From: Rhodothermaceae bacterium
Lineage (GTDB): Bacteria > Bacteroidota > Rhodothermia > Rhodothermales > Bin80
Reading direction: 5' to 3'
DNA: 64,000 bases
Assembly: GCA_009841335.1 (NCBI GenBank)
Contig: VXLY01000111.1
Span: forward strand, 1,737-65,736
The notes under the pieces are model-generated. The model worked only from the letters and a program-made list of their open reading frames with translations. It did no database searches and was not told the origin of the DNA. The position numbers were made by a program, and so were the translations under genes. Below are positions 28,769 to 38,040 of this stretch, one piece after another (position 1 is the first letter of the stretch; the number at the start of each line of letters is the position of its first letter).

Positions 28769-29020
28769 GAGATACGAAAGCCCAAGATCTTCGAAGCGAA
28801 AATAACAAGATTTCCAGGATTCCTGCAATCAGCCTGCATAGTGAAACAAGGTGATTATTTACCTGCGTACCATCAGCACCGACCACAATCCAGGTCATGT
28901 GGGTCATGTAGGTCCAACCTATCAGGAAAAAGCGCTTTCCACGTTGTACACGTTAAAAATAGTTGATAATGGGGCATGTGGAGGTTATGTTGTAGCTTGT
29001 GTGAGTCACGTAACAAATCG

Positions 29021-29977
29021 ATGAAAATGAGCCATAGTTTTAGCCGCAGAAGCTTTTTGAAAACCACAGCGCTGGCTGCCAGTACGCTGGTAATTCCTCG
29101 CGGTGTATTGTCCGTGCCTTCAACCGTAAAGGTTGGTGCGATTTCATACAGCTTTCGTCAGATTCCCGGCAGTGCAGAGGAAATTCTTGGGTACATGCAA
29201 ACTCTTGGACTTGATACGGTGGAGTTAATGGGGGGACCGGCGGAAGCGTATGCAGGAGCTCCAGACGCGGGCCCTAGACCACGCCATCCCGAATCTATGA
29301 CCCAGGAGGAAAGGTCTAACTATGTGGCCGCTAGGACGGCGGCACAACAGGAAACGCAGAAATGGCGCCGCAGCGCTTCCATGGATAAGTTTGCTGAGTT
29401 GGGAGATATGTACAGAGATGGGGGTGTAGATGTGGATATTTTGAAATTGGGCAGCGCAAATTGGTTTGAGGAGGACATAGATTACGCCTACAGGGCAGCA
29501 AAAGCGATCGGTGCACGCGGAATTTCTTTTGAAATCTCAGCGCTCTCATCCGAGAGAATGGCACCATTCGCTACAAAGCACGGCCTTCTCAACGGCATGC
29601 ACAATCATTTACAGGTAGCCAACGAGAATTTTGACTTTGACGAGTACCTCTCCCATTCGCCGAACAATATGCTGAACCTGGACATCGGGCACTATGTCGC
29701 TGCGCTTGGGACTTCCCCTATTCCCGTGATCAAGAAATATCACAACCGAATTAGCCACTTACATCTAAAGGACCGCAAATCCCCCGAAAATGGACAGGAT
29801 AATGTCGCATGGGGAACGGGAGATACGCCGATTGACGAAGTTTTACGCCTGTTGCGGGACGAGAATTACCCAATCCCGGCTATGATTGAACTGGAATACC
29901 CGATTCCAGAAGATTCCAGTGTTATGGAAGAAATGGCTAAGTGTGTTGACTACTGCCGTGAGGCTTTGGAGTCATAG
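29021..29977 (+). CDS. Xylose-isomerase-like TIM-barrel protein (sugar phosphate isomerase/epimerase family) with Tat signal
   Basis: Twin-arginine signal SRRSFLKTTALAAS from ATG 29021. HLHLKD and IELEYP motifs typical of AP_endonuc_2/XI-like barrels. Confidence 0.75.
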   Translation: MKMSHSFSRRSFLKTTALAASTLVIPRGVLSVPSTVKVGAISYSFRQIPGSAEEILGYMQTLGLDTVELMGGPAEAYAGAPDAGPRPRHPESMTQEERSNYVAARTAAQQETQKWRRSASMDKFAELGDMYRDGGVDVDILKLGSANWFEEDIDYAYRAAKAIGARGISFEISALSSERMAPFATKHGLLNGMHNHLQVANENFDFDEYLSHSPNNMLNLDIGHYVAALGTSPIPVIKKYHNRISHLHLKDRKSPENGQDNVAWGTGDTPIDEVLRLLRDENYPIPAMIELEYPIPEDSSVMEEMAKCVDYCREALES

Positions 29978-31246
29978 TGGCAGGTTGGCTTCCTTCAAGT
30001 GGCAGAGGTACGGTTTTTCAGTGAAGTGCAAGAGTGCTTGAATCGCAGCTAGATCAGCTTGATTGTCAAGTTCTCGGAGTTGTCCCCTCGAGTCCAGGAT
30101 GCGCACGCCCCCTTCATCCGGTTCATAAGCGGCATGTCTCGACTTATCTACTTTTAGGTAGTACGAATGTGCGTCGGGAGTGGTGATCCCAATTTTCTCC
30201 AGTGTCTCACTTACTCGATCCTTCCACAGAGCACGTAATTCCCGTGTAGGTTCTTCGGTGAGGAATGTACATCGAAACAGATCTCGATTGATGATACGCT
30301 GCGATAAATCCGCAAGTATAGGATCCGAGCTTCGACACCATTGCTTCAGGCTGCAGATTACTTCGGCATCATCCAAGCTCAGGAACCGATCCAGAACCTC
30401 ATCTTCCGAGAGTCTAGATGCATCAACTTTACGTTCAAGGAACCAGCGCAATGCTGATGAAATGCCAGATACAGCTTCATCTTTGCAGGCGTCGATCAAG
30501 TCCCGTGCACGGCGGATTGCGCCGCGGAGCACAAAATCAGCTGCAACCACCGTCTTGTGCAGATAAACCTGCCAGTACATTAATCGTCGGGCTATCAGCA
30601 CGTTTTCGACTGCGTAAATCCCCTTCGACTCAATTGCAAGGCAGGATCCTTTTCCTCCATCCTTCGGGTAAACACACAGTGTGCGCAGAATACGCTCGAT
30701 ACCGATTCTACCTTCAACCACCCCAGTAAAATGAGAATCCCTGCATAAGTAGTCCAAACGATCCATATCCAGTTGACTCGAAATCAAGTCGCAGAAGAAT
30801 GAACGTTCATAGGTTCCGGCCAGCATCTGGATTGCCAGGTCGAGCGGCGGACCAATCCGTGCTTCGAGCCTACGCATGAGGGCTAAACTTATTTTCTCAT
30901 GCGGTGTATCGCAAACCAGATCATACTCTAGCGTATGGGAATACGGCCCATGACCAATGTCGTGCAGCAGGATGGCGGCCATAGCTGCCAGTCTTTCATC
31001 TTCTGTGATGGGAGTTCCTTTGGCAGCTAAACTGTCCAGGGCATCGGACATTAGTGCCAGTGCACCCACGGCGTGCGGAAAACGACTATGTTCAGCAGCA
31101 GGGAAAACAATTAGTCCTAGACCCAATTGTTTGATACGCCTGAGTCGCTGAACCTCGCGCGATTCAAGCAATGGCTGAATTATCTTTCGGGGTACCCGGA
31201 TGAAACCGTGAACAGGATCCGAAAGGACTATGGCATTGCGTATCAT
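29972..31246 (-). CDS. HD-domain phosphohydrolase (COG1078/SAMHD1-like dNTPase family)
   Basis: 424 aa. RFPHAVG...LLHDIGHGPYSH...DMDRLDYLCRD, the HD...D pattern of SAMHD1/EF1143-type enzymes. Confidence 0.8.
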   Translation of the reverse strand: MIRNAIVLSDPVHGFIRVPRKIIQPLLESREVQRLRRIKQLGLGLIVFPAAEHSRFPHAVGALALMSDALDSLAAKGTPITEDERLAAMAAILLHDIGHGPYSHTLEYDLVCDTPHEKISLALMRRLEARIGPPLDLAIQMLAGTYERSFFCDLISSQLDMDRLDYLCRDSHFTGVVEGRIGIERILRTLCVYPKDGGKGSCLAIESKGIYAVENVLIARRLMYWQVYLHKTVVAADFVLRGAIRRARDLIDACKDEAVSGISSALRWFLERKVDASRLSEDEVLDRFLSLDDAEVICSLKQWCRSSDPILADLSQRIINRDLFRCTFLTEEPTRELRALWKDRVSETLEKIGITTPDAHSYYLKVDKSRHAAYEPDEGGVRILDSRGQLRELDNQADLAAIQALLHFTEKPYLCHLKEANLPL

Positions 31247-31343
31247 TGCAGGTTGGGGCGATTCCTCGACTCGTCACCGAATGAGAGCGCACGCTGCTGT
31301 AATTTGACCTTCCAAAGTGAAAATACTAAGCAGATAACTACTG

Positions 31344-32756
31344 ATGAGGGTTGCACTACCCGTGTGCATTGAAGTAAGCCAAGACTACTGGCCAAAGGCG
31401 AAGTACGCCATCCGGATGTTACTTGAGCCGCTTGGTTTGGGTCCGATTTTCAAGCCTCGAAGTGAGCTGGACAGTCATGGTTTGTACTATGGACATAGTC
31501 CTATAGGTCTCCCTTCAGCGATAATTGTATTACCCATGGCACATAGTGCGGAAGGATTCTATGATGATTTTACTCCCATAGATGTGACTTCTGTGTGTTG
31601 GAGGAAGCATGCTGATTTTAATGTTCCAATTCTTTTCTCTTCAGAGTCGGGAGATGACCTTGTTGCATCGGCTTTTTATTGGCTCTCGGGTTGGCAGGAA
31701 TTCACCGTACAGGCCCGTGATCAGCATGGCCGGTTCCCTCATAAATCGTCACTTCAGGCGATACTTGAAGTGACGCGACTTCCTGTCGCAGATTGCTATC
31801 GGACGATGTTGAAAGCGCGTTTAGAAGGTGCAGGGATTAATACGGATCTGCGGAAATGGGCCGGGAGGGATTGGGCGTTTTGTCCGACGATTGACGTTGA
31901 CTATCTTCGACACTGGCGCATTGGAATGATTCTTCGGGAGAAAGTTGAATATTTTCTGTTGAATCGTCGAAAAGTCGGTGTACGTGAGCGCTGGCGTCGG
32001 CTGTTCAAGTTTACCCATAGTTACTTTAGCCGGGGCGATGCATTCAAGATTGCCTTGCGTAACATGTATCAAGCGATTCGGGCTTATGGTAATGCCACAA
32101 TTTTTTTGAAAGCTGCAGCCCACGGTCCGAATGATGTAAGTTATCAACTGGATCAACCTTTTCTTCGTAACCTGTTCGTTGATCTCACTTCTGATGGGTT
32201 TGAGATTGGCCTTCATCCAAGCTATCACGCACATACTCATATTGCTTATGTGCGCAGTGAGCGCCGCGCTCTTACTGAGGTTACTGGAACAGATCCCTTA
32301 AGTGTTAGGCAGCATTTTTTGCGCTACGAACCAGCGATAACCCCACACATCCAGGAAGGAGTCGGTTTTAGAATTGATTCGTCGCTTGGTTTTGCGGAAT
32401 GCTCCGGCTTCAGGAACGGCACCTGTATGCCATTTCTGAGGTTTGATCCTGTAGGGAACAGGGTGATGGATATTTGGGAAATGCCGCTCTTGTTTATGGA
32501 TGGAGCATTGTTTAATAGACAAAAATACGGGACGGCTGAAGCCATTCAGGATAGTATGGAACTCCTCAAGCTATGTCAAATGTTTGGTGGGGTTGCCGTT
32601 GGTCTTTGGCACAATGTCATCGGCGAAGAATTAGATTATCCAGGATGGGGCGAGCACTTTGAGAAGACATTGGGGTGGGGCGGCTCAAATGGAGCATATA
32701 TTGCCTCCTTGCAAGATGCGCTTGGCGCATGGACGGGTTACCCACTTGGCAACTAG
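31344..32756 (+). CDS. Hypothetical protein, possible polysaccharide-deacetylase-like C-terminal domain
   Basis: 470-aa ORF with coding-like composition. Segments TIDVDYL, GLHPSYHA and RQHFLRY are loosely reminiscent of the CE4-type Asp/His pattern. No firm family call. Confidence 0.55.
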   Translation: MRVALPVCIEVSQDYWPKAKYAIRMLLEPLGLGPIFKPRSELDSHGLYYGHSPIGLPSAIIVLPMAHSAEGFYDDFTPIDVTSVCWRKHADFNVPILFSSESGDDLVASAFYWLSGWQEFTVQARDQHGRFPHKSSLQAILEVTRLPVADCYRTMLKARLEGAGINTDLRKWAGRDWAFCPTIDVDYLRHWRIGMILREKVEYFLLNRRKVGVRERWRRLFKFTHSYFSRGDAFKIALRNMYQAIRAYGNATIFLKAAAHGPNDVSYQLDQPFLRNLFVDLTSDGFEIGLHPSYHAHTHIAYVRSERRALTEVTGTDPLSVRQHFLRYEPAITPHIQEGVGFRIDSSLGFAECSGFRNGTCMPFLRFDPVGNRVMDIWEMPLLFMDGALFNRQKYGTAEAIQDSMELLKLCQMFGGVAVGLWHNVIGEELDYPGWGEHFEKTLGWGGSNGAYIASLQDALGAWTGYPLGN

Positions 32757-32801
32757 TGGAAGATGTGTCACGGTGTGAACGATAATTATTTACTGTGACT
32801 C

Positions 32802-35372
32802 ATGTCAGGAAGGAGAAAGGGTCAGACGCCGCTCATGCGGCAGTATTTCCGGATTAAAGCGGAACATCCGGACACGCTCCTGTTGTTTCGGATGGGCGAC
32901 TTCTACGAGACGTTTGAAGAAGATGCCCTCAAAGCAAGTGACGTGTTGGGTATTGTGCTTACAAAACGAGCGAATGGTGCCGCGAAGAGTGTGCCGCTCG
33001 CGGGATTCCCTCATCACGCGCTCGAAAATCACCTCCCAAAACTGATCGAGGCAGGACTCAGGGTTGCGATTTGCGAGCAACTTGAGGACCCAAAATCAAC
33101 GCGGTCTCTGGTCAAGCGGGGCGTGACCGAAATCGTTACGCCCGGGGTATCCCTTCGGGATCAGATGCTGTCTCCAAAACAGGCAAACTATCTGGTGGCA
33201 GTACACTTTGGGAAGAAGCGGGTGGTAGGAGTAGCTTATGCAGATGCATCCACTGGAGAGTTCCTGCTCACAGAGGTTGATCAGTCCAGACTGGATGATC
33301 TGTTACAGAGTATCGAACCGGCAGAACTCCTTGTTAACAAAGCTACACAAGAGTCTGTACGCGCATTCCGTGATCGAGGCTACATTGTTACCCCCCGTGA
33401 GGATTGGGTGTTTGATTGGGATTTTGCCAACACTACGCTGCTTGAACACTTTGGCACTCACTCTTTGAAAGGCTTTGGGATTTCAGGATTTACGGAGGGG
33501 GTTGTTGCTGCCGGTGCGGTACTCCACTACCTGATCGAAACACAAAAGGGTAAACCAGAGCATATACGTCGGATTCAGCAGCAGATGGATGAGGGGTACA
33601 TGCTCCTCGATCCACAGACGCGCCGTAATCTTGAACTAGTGCCCCCGCTGCACGGAGACCGTAACGGTCCCACGATGGTTGAGCTTCTGGATCAAACCTG
33701 CACTGCTATGGGGGCAAGACTCCTGAGGCGGTGGCTCTTTCAACCATTACGTGATGTTGCACGCATCAATCGTAGACTAGATGCTGTTGAGACGCTGGTA
33801 CGCAATACAGAGGTTCGAGAAAATCTACAGTACGGTCTCAAACAAATCTGCGATATTGAGCGGGTAGTCGCCAGGATATGTACGCAACGAGCTACTCCCC
33901 GGGAGCTGTTGGCACTCGCTTTAGCACTGCGGCAAGTGCCCGAGTTGGTCGAGAATTTACAATCGACCGACTGCAAAGCACTGGATGAATTATCTCGACG
34001 ACTGAACCCCTGTGATGATATTGAATCTGCAATCAGCCAAGCCATTGACGGCTCTTCTGAGCATATATTTCGACGGGGTTACAGCGAAGAACTCGATAGA
34101 TTATGCGAGATTTCCAGTTCGGGAAAAGGATTTATTGAGGCACTTCAGAGGCGTGAAAGTGAACGGACAGGTATTCCCTCTCTCAAAGTAGGCTACAACA
34201 AAATATTTGGATACTACCTGGAGATAACGAATGCACATCGAGATAAGGTACCACCTGAATATGTTCGGAAGCAGACGTTGGTTAACGCAGAGCGATATAT
34301 CACCAATGAGTTGAAGGAATATGAGGAAAGTGTAATTGGGGCACAGGAGCGGATCCTTGTTCTCGAAAACGAACTCCTCAGATCTCTTAGAGCGGATTTG
34401 GCAAAATCATCCAGGGAACTCCAGCAGCTGGGGGCAATGATAGCAGTTCTGGATTGTTTGGTTGGCTTTGCGGAAGTAGCAGTTCGTGACGGGTATGTGA
34501 GGCCAAGTATCGATAACACCAGGTTGCTCAGAATAGTGCATGGCAGACATCCGATTGTAGAACAGCAGGATCCTGCTGCCTTCGTTCCGAACTCAGTAGA
34601 GCTTGATCCTGATAAGTATCAGATATTCATCATTACGGGGCCCAATATGGCGGGCAAGAGTGTGATTTTACGCCAGGTGGGTTTAATCGTCTTGATGGCG
34701 CAGGCGGGAAGCTTCGTGCCTGCAAAATCAGCTACCATCGGTATTGTTGATCGCATATTTACCCGCGTTGGGGCATCAGATAACTTGGCTTCGGGTGAGA
34801 GCACTTTTCTGGTTGAAATGAATGAGGCAGCCAACATTCTCAATAATGCCACCCGAAATTCGCTGATTCTCCTGGATGAGATCGGACGGGGAACCAGTAC
34901 TTTTGATGGTCTCTCAATTGCGTGGGCGCTGGTTGAATACCTGCACGAAAATGAGTCAATTGCTGCCCGAACACTTTTTGCAACTCACTATCATGAACTC
35001 AATACGCTTGAGGAGCGTCTTGAAAGGGTTAAAAACTATAAGGTTCATGTTCAGGAGCATGACGGCAAGATTGTTTTTCTCCACAAGTTGATCCGTGGGG
35101 CGGCAGATCATTCTTATGGTATCGAGGTGGCCCGTATGGCTGGATTGCCCCCGAAATTGCTGGGCAGAGCAAGTAAAATTCTGGATGAGCTGGAATCCCA
35201 GGAACCTGTGGAGAAAGACAATGTGCCGAAAATGGAAGCTATTCAGATGACGCTTTTTGATCAAGCAGAATCCGATGAGGTACGCGACAAACTACGGGAG
35301 ATAGATATCAACGGAATTACGCCGCTGCAGGCGTTATCCATTTTAGCAGAGTTAAAGGATCTTTCTGACTAG
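32802..35372 (+). CDS. mutS: DNA mismatch repair protein MutS
   Basis: N-terminal TPLMRQYF...FYETF mismatch-binding motif. Walker A GPNMAGKS. DEIGRGTSTFDG. TFFATHYHEL-like ATHYHEL. Confidence 0.96.
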   Translation: MSGRRKGQTPLMRQYFRIKAEHPDTLLLFRMGDFYETFEEDALKASDVLGIVLTKRANGAAKSVPLAGFPHHALENHLPKLIEAGLRVAICEQLEDPKSTRSLVKRGVTEIVTPGVSLRDQMLSPKQANYLVAVHFGKKRVVGVAYADASTGEFLLTEVDQSRLDDLLQSIEPAELLVNKATQESVRAFRDRGYIVTPREDWVFDWDFANTTLLEHFGTHSLKGFGISGFTEGVVAAGAVLHYLIETQKGKPEHIRRIQQQMDEGYMLLDPQTRRNLELVPPLHGDRNGPTMVELLDQTCTAMGARLLRRWLFQPLRDVARINRRLDAVETLVRNTEVRENLQYGLKQICDIERVVARICTQRATPRELLALALALRQVPELVENLQSTDCKALDELSRRLNPCDDIESAISQAIDGSSEHIFRRGYSEELDRLCEISSSGKGFIEALQRRESERTGIPSLKVGYNKIFGYYLEITNAHRDKVPPEYVRKQTLVNAERYITNELKEYEESVIGAQERILVLENELLRSLRADLAKSSRELQQLGAMIAVLDCLVGFAEVAVRDGYVRPSIDNTRLLRIVHGRHPIVEQQDPAAFVPNSVELDPDKYQIFIITGPNMAGKSVILRQVGLIVLMAQAGSFVPAKSATIGIVDRIFTRVGASDNLASGESTFLVEMNEAANILNNATRNSLILLDEIGRGTSTFDGLSIAWALVEYLHENESIAARTLFATHYHELNTLEERLERVKNYKVHVQEHDGKIVFLHKLIRGAADHSYGIEVARMAGLPPKLLGRASKILDELESQEPVEKDNVPKMEAIQMTLFDQAESDEVRDKLREIDINGITPLQALSILAELKDLSD

Positions 35373-35387
35373 ATCTGAGGAACGAGC

Positions 35388-36656
35388 ATGAAAATACTAA
35401 TTGTAGGGAGTGGTGGGCGTGAGCATGCTTTGGCATGGGCCGTACGAGGAGCTGGCAGGTTATTTATAGCCCCGGGCAATGCGGGGACAACGGAATTCGG
35501 AGAAAATGTCGATATCAAGACGACAGATACGGAAGGTTTAGTTTCGTTTTCTCAAAGAGAAAACATTGACCTGGTTGTTGTCGGTCCAGAGGTACCTCTT
35601 GCAGGTGGACTAGCCGATGCCTTAGGCCAAGCCGGGATAGCCTGTTTTGGCCCGTCGGCAGTAGCCGCCGAAATTGAAAGCAGCAAGGCGTTTGCTAAAG
35701 CATTTATGCAGCGCCATAATGTGCCAACCGCCCAATGGCAGGCCTTTCTTCCAGATCAGATTGAGAAGGCTAAGGCTTATGCACAAACATTAGGAAGATG
35801 CGTTGTCAAGGCTTCTGGACTAGCTGCGGGGAAGGGGGCAATCATGTGCGAGGACCAGGCCAGTTCCGATCGTGCATTACATGATTTACTGGCGATGGGC
35901 CGTCTGGGAGACGCGGGCAGGGAGGTCGTAGTTGAAGAATGGATGGAGGGTGAAGAGGCAAGTGTATTTGCTCTTACAGATGGTGATGATTATCAAGTAT
36001 TAGATCCAGCCCAAGATCATAAACGCGCATTTGATAATGATCTCGGTCCAAATACAGGAGGCATGGGCGCATATGCTCCGGCTCCGGTAATGACCACAAA
36101 CTTGATCGATGAAGTTTGCGGCTCAATCATTGAGCCGACACTCGAGGGCATGGCATACGAGGGTAGACGTTATACGGGCTGCCTCTACGCTGGTCTTATG
36201 ATCACAGAACAGGGACCCAAGGTTGTCGAATTCAACTGCCGTTTTGGGGATCCCGAGACGCAGGTTGTGCTACCCTTGATGGGGGCAGATCCCATAGAAG
36301 TACTCCTGCGAGCAGCTAACGGAGGTATCGGAAATTTGCGACTGACCAAACAATCACTTGCGGCTGCATGTGTGGTACTGGCCAGTGGCGGGTATCCTGA
36401 TTCGTACAACAAGGGATACCCCATTAGTGGACTGAACGCTGCAAGGGAGATCCCCGGTGCTCTTGTATTTCATGCGGGTACAAAGTCTGATGATCAAAAA
36501 ATCCTTACCGCGGGAGGACGTGTTTTGGGAGTAACCGCGGTGGCGTCCACGTTGAGGGAAGCAGTTAGTCGTGCCTATGAGTCGGCGGATCTCATACAGT
36601 TCGATGGGAAACATATGCGACGGGATATTGGACACAGCGCGCTTGGGCGTCAATAA
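35388..36656 (+). CDS. purD: Phosphoribosylamine-glycine ligase
   Basis: MKILIVGSGGREHALAW, an ATP-grasp core, and GMGAYAP. Confidence 0.95.
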   Translation: MKILIVGSGGREHALAWAVRGAGRLFIAPGNAGTTEFGENVDIKTTDTEGLVSFSQRENIDLVVVGPEVPLAGGLADALGQAGIACFGPSAVAAEIESSKAFAKAFMQRHNVPTAQWQAFLPDQIEKAKAYAQTLGRCVVKASGLAAGKGAIMCEDQASSDRALHDLLAMGRLGDAGREVVVEEWMEGEEASVFALTDGDDYQVLDPAQDHKRAFDNDLGPNTGGMGAYAPAPVMTTNLIDEVCGSIIEPTLEGMAYEGRRYTGCLYAGLMITEQGPKVVEFNCRFGDPETQVVLPLMGADPIEVLLRAANGGIGNLRLTKQSLAAACVVLASGGYPDSYNKGYPISGLNAAREIPGALVFHAGTKSDDQKILTAGGRVLGVTAVASTLREAVSRAYESADLIQFDGKHMRRDIGHSALGRQ

Positions 36657-37534
36657 TGCACCGTCTGTTATCCTTATTGGTTCTATTGGCGACGTTCTCC
36701 GGAATCACGAGCGCCCAGGATACGCTCAGTACCGAATTTGAAGTTGTTGCGCACTTTTCTGAAGCACTGGCGCTTGAAATTGACCCAGAGGGGTTGCTCT
36801 ATGTTGCGACGGTGACAGAGGTAGTCCAACTTGGCCAAGACGGCAGGATACGTGGAAGTCTGGACGGAACGAGCGCAGGAGCATTTGGGGAGGTTTCTGA
36901 TGTTGATCCGGGTAACGGATTGATATGGGTTATTGCAGACGCAGGGAATGGTCATCTCTTGCGGTTTTCTAAAGAACTGCTGCATCTGGAGTCTATTCGA
37001 GTGCCCAGGAGTGTGAACGTTGAGTTGGAGCGATCCCCTCGGCTTGACCTTTACGATGGGCTTAAAACTGCTTTGGGGCGGCCGATATCCATTGCTGTCG
37101 GTTCAACCGGTGCAATGTTTGTCATTGACGCGTCTTCTCAACAGGTGCTTAAATGGGATTCCAGTCGAAGATTAGAGCGGAGGATCGGTGAATTTGGTGC
37201 CGGAGCAGGCGAATTGGTGGAGCCAATCAGTCTTTCAACGGGTACGTCGCTGCTTTATGTGGCAGATCGTGCACTTGGTGTGGTTAAAGTGTACGATTAC
37301 TTTGGTGGGCATGTACGCAACCTGAAAGCAACGCAAGATGTGACAGGTGTCACTGTGGCAGGCCCGGAAGTATGGGTAATCCTGCCCCAAGCTATATGGA
37401 TATATGATAACCAAGGTGCCTTCTTGCGTCAGGTTGTCGTAGAGCTAGACAGTCCACTATTGGCTGCGATACCCGTTTCGGAGCATATTCTTCTCCTGAC
37501 TTCGACACAGCTACTACGGGCCAGAATTGGCTGA
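36656..37534 (+). CDS. Secreted beta-propeller (NHL-repeat-like) protein, hypothetical
   Basis: Signal peptide MHRLLSLLVLLATFSGITSAQ. Repeated ...P.GL.YVA... / LYVADRALGVVKVYD units. The start overlaps the purD stop (TAATG). Confidence 0.6.
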   Translation: MHRLLSLLVLLATFSGITSAQDTLSTEFEVVAHFSEALALEIDPEGLLYVATVTEVVQLGQDGRIRGSLDGTSAGAFGEVSDVDPGNGLIWVIADAGNGHLLRFSKELLHLESIRVPRSVNVELERSPRLDLYDGLKTALGRPISIAVGSTGAMFVIDASSQQVLKWDSSRRLERRIGEFGAGAGELVEPISLSTGTSLLYVADRALGVVKVYDYFGGHVRNLKATQDVTGVTVAGPEVWVILPQAIWIYDNQGAFLRQVVVELDSPLLAAIPVSEHILLLTSTQLLRARIG

Positions 37535-38040
37535 TGTTTAATTATTTGGAACCGAAGTACAGAAGGCTTGAAAACGCCGGAATTACACAGTAATTCATGC
37601 AGTTGGCGTCTCCAGACAATTATTCATCGCCATCTTGAATACCGGTCAATTCATACGATTAATGATTGCATCCCGGACTACTGTCACCGGGTCTCAGGTG
37701 GAAAGATGGTACGAATGTATCAAGTTCAGGGATCGTGGTGGAAGGGTTTTGTGACGAATGCAGGACGAAGGGGCAACCAGTTGACTTTCCGCATCGAATA
37801 TTTTTCCCTAACTTTATCGTTTCTCGGCTTTGAGGTATGCGTTGACTTTCTTTTCAGTGAGAAACATCCTTCTTTCGGTCGGTATTAAGGCATGAGCGCC
37901 ACATCTTTCAATAGAAGGGCGATTGGGGAGTCAATGATTTGTATGACTAGGTATTATGTGGCATAGTACAGATGTAAGGGACATCTTGCCAAGTAAGTGG
38001 TATCATAACAGTTAGGCTAACTTGTTTCAGCTTAAGACTA

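Noticed and set aside
29972-31246. HD-domain protein as an anti-phage dNTPase defence gene
   Set aside because: It is embedded in core housekeeping genes with no island hallmarks (no integrase, tRNA flank, or restriction-modification or toxin-antitoxin neighbours). COG1078-type HD proteins are widespread housekeeping enzymes. It is kept only as a low-interest note.
37568-37888. 106-aa ORF in the ilv-leu leader
   Set aside because: It has no recognisable motif or signal and is rich in Cys, Trp, His and Arg, which is atypical of the neighbouring genes. A real small gene cannot be excluded, so the region is listed as a finding instead.
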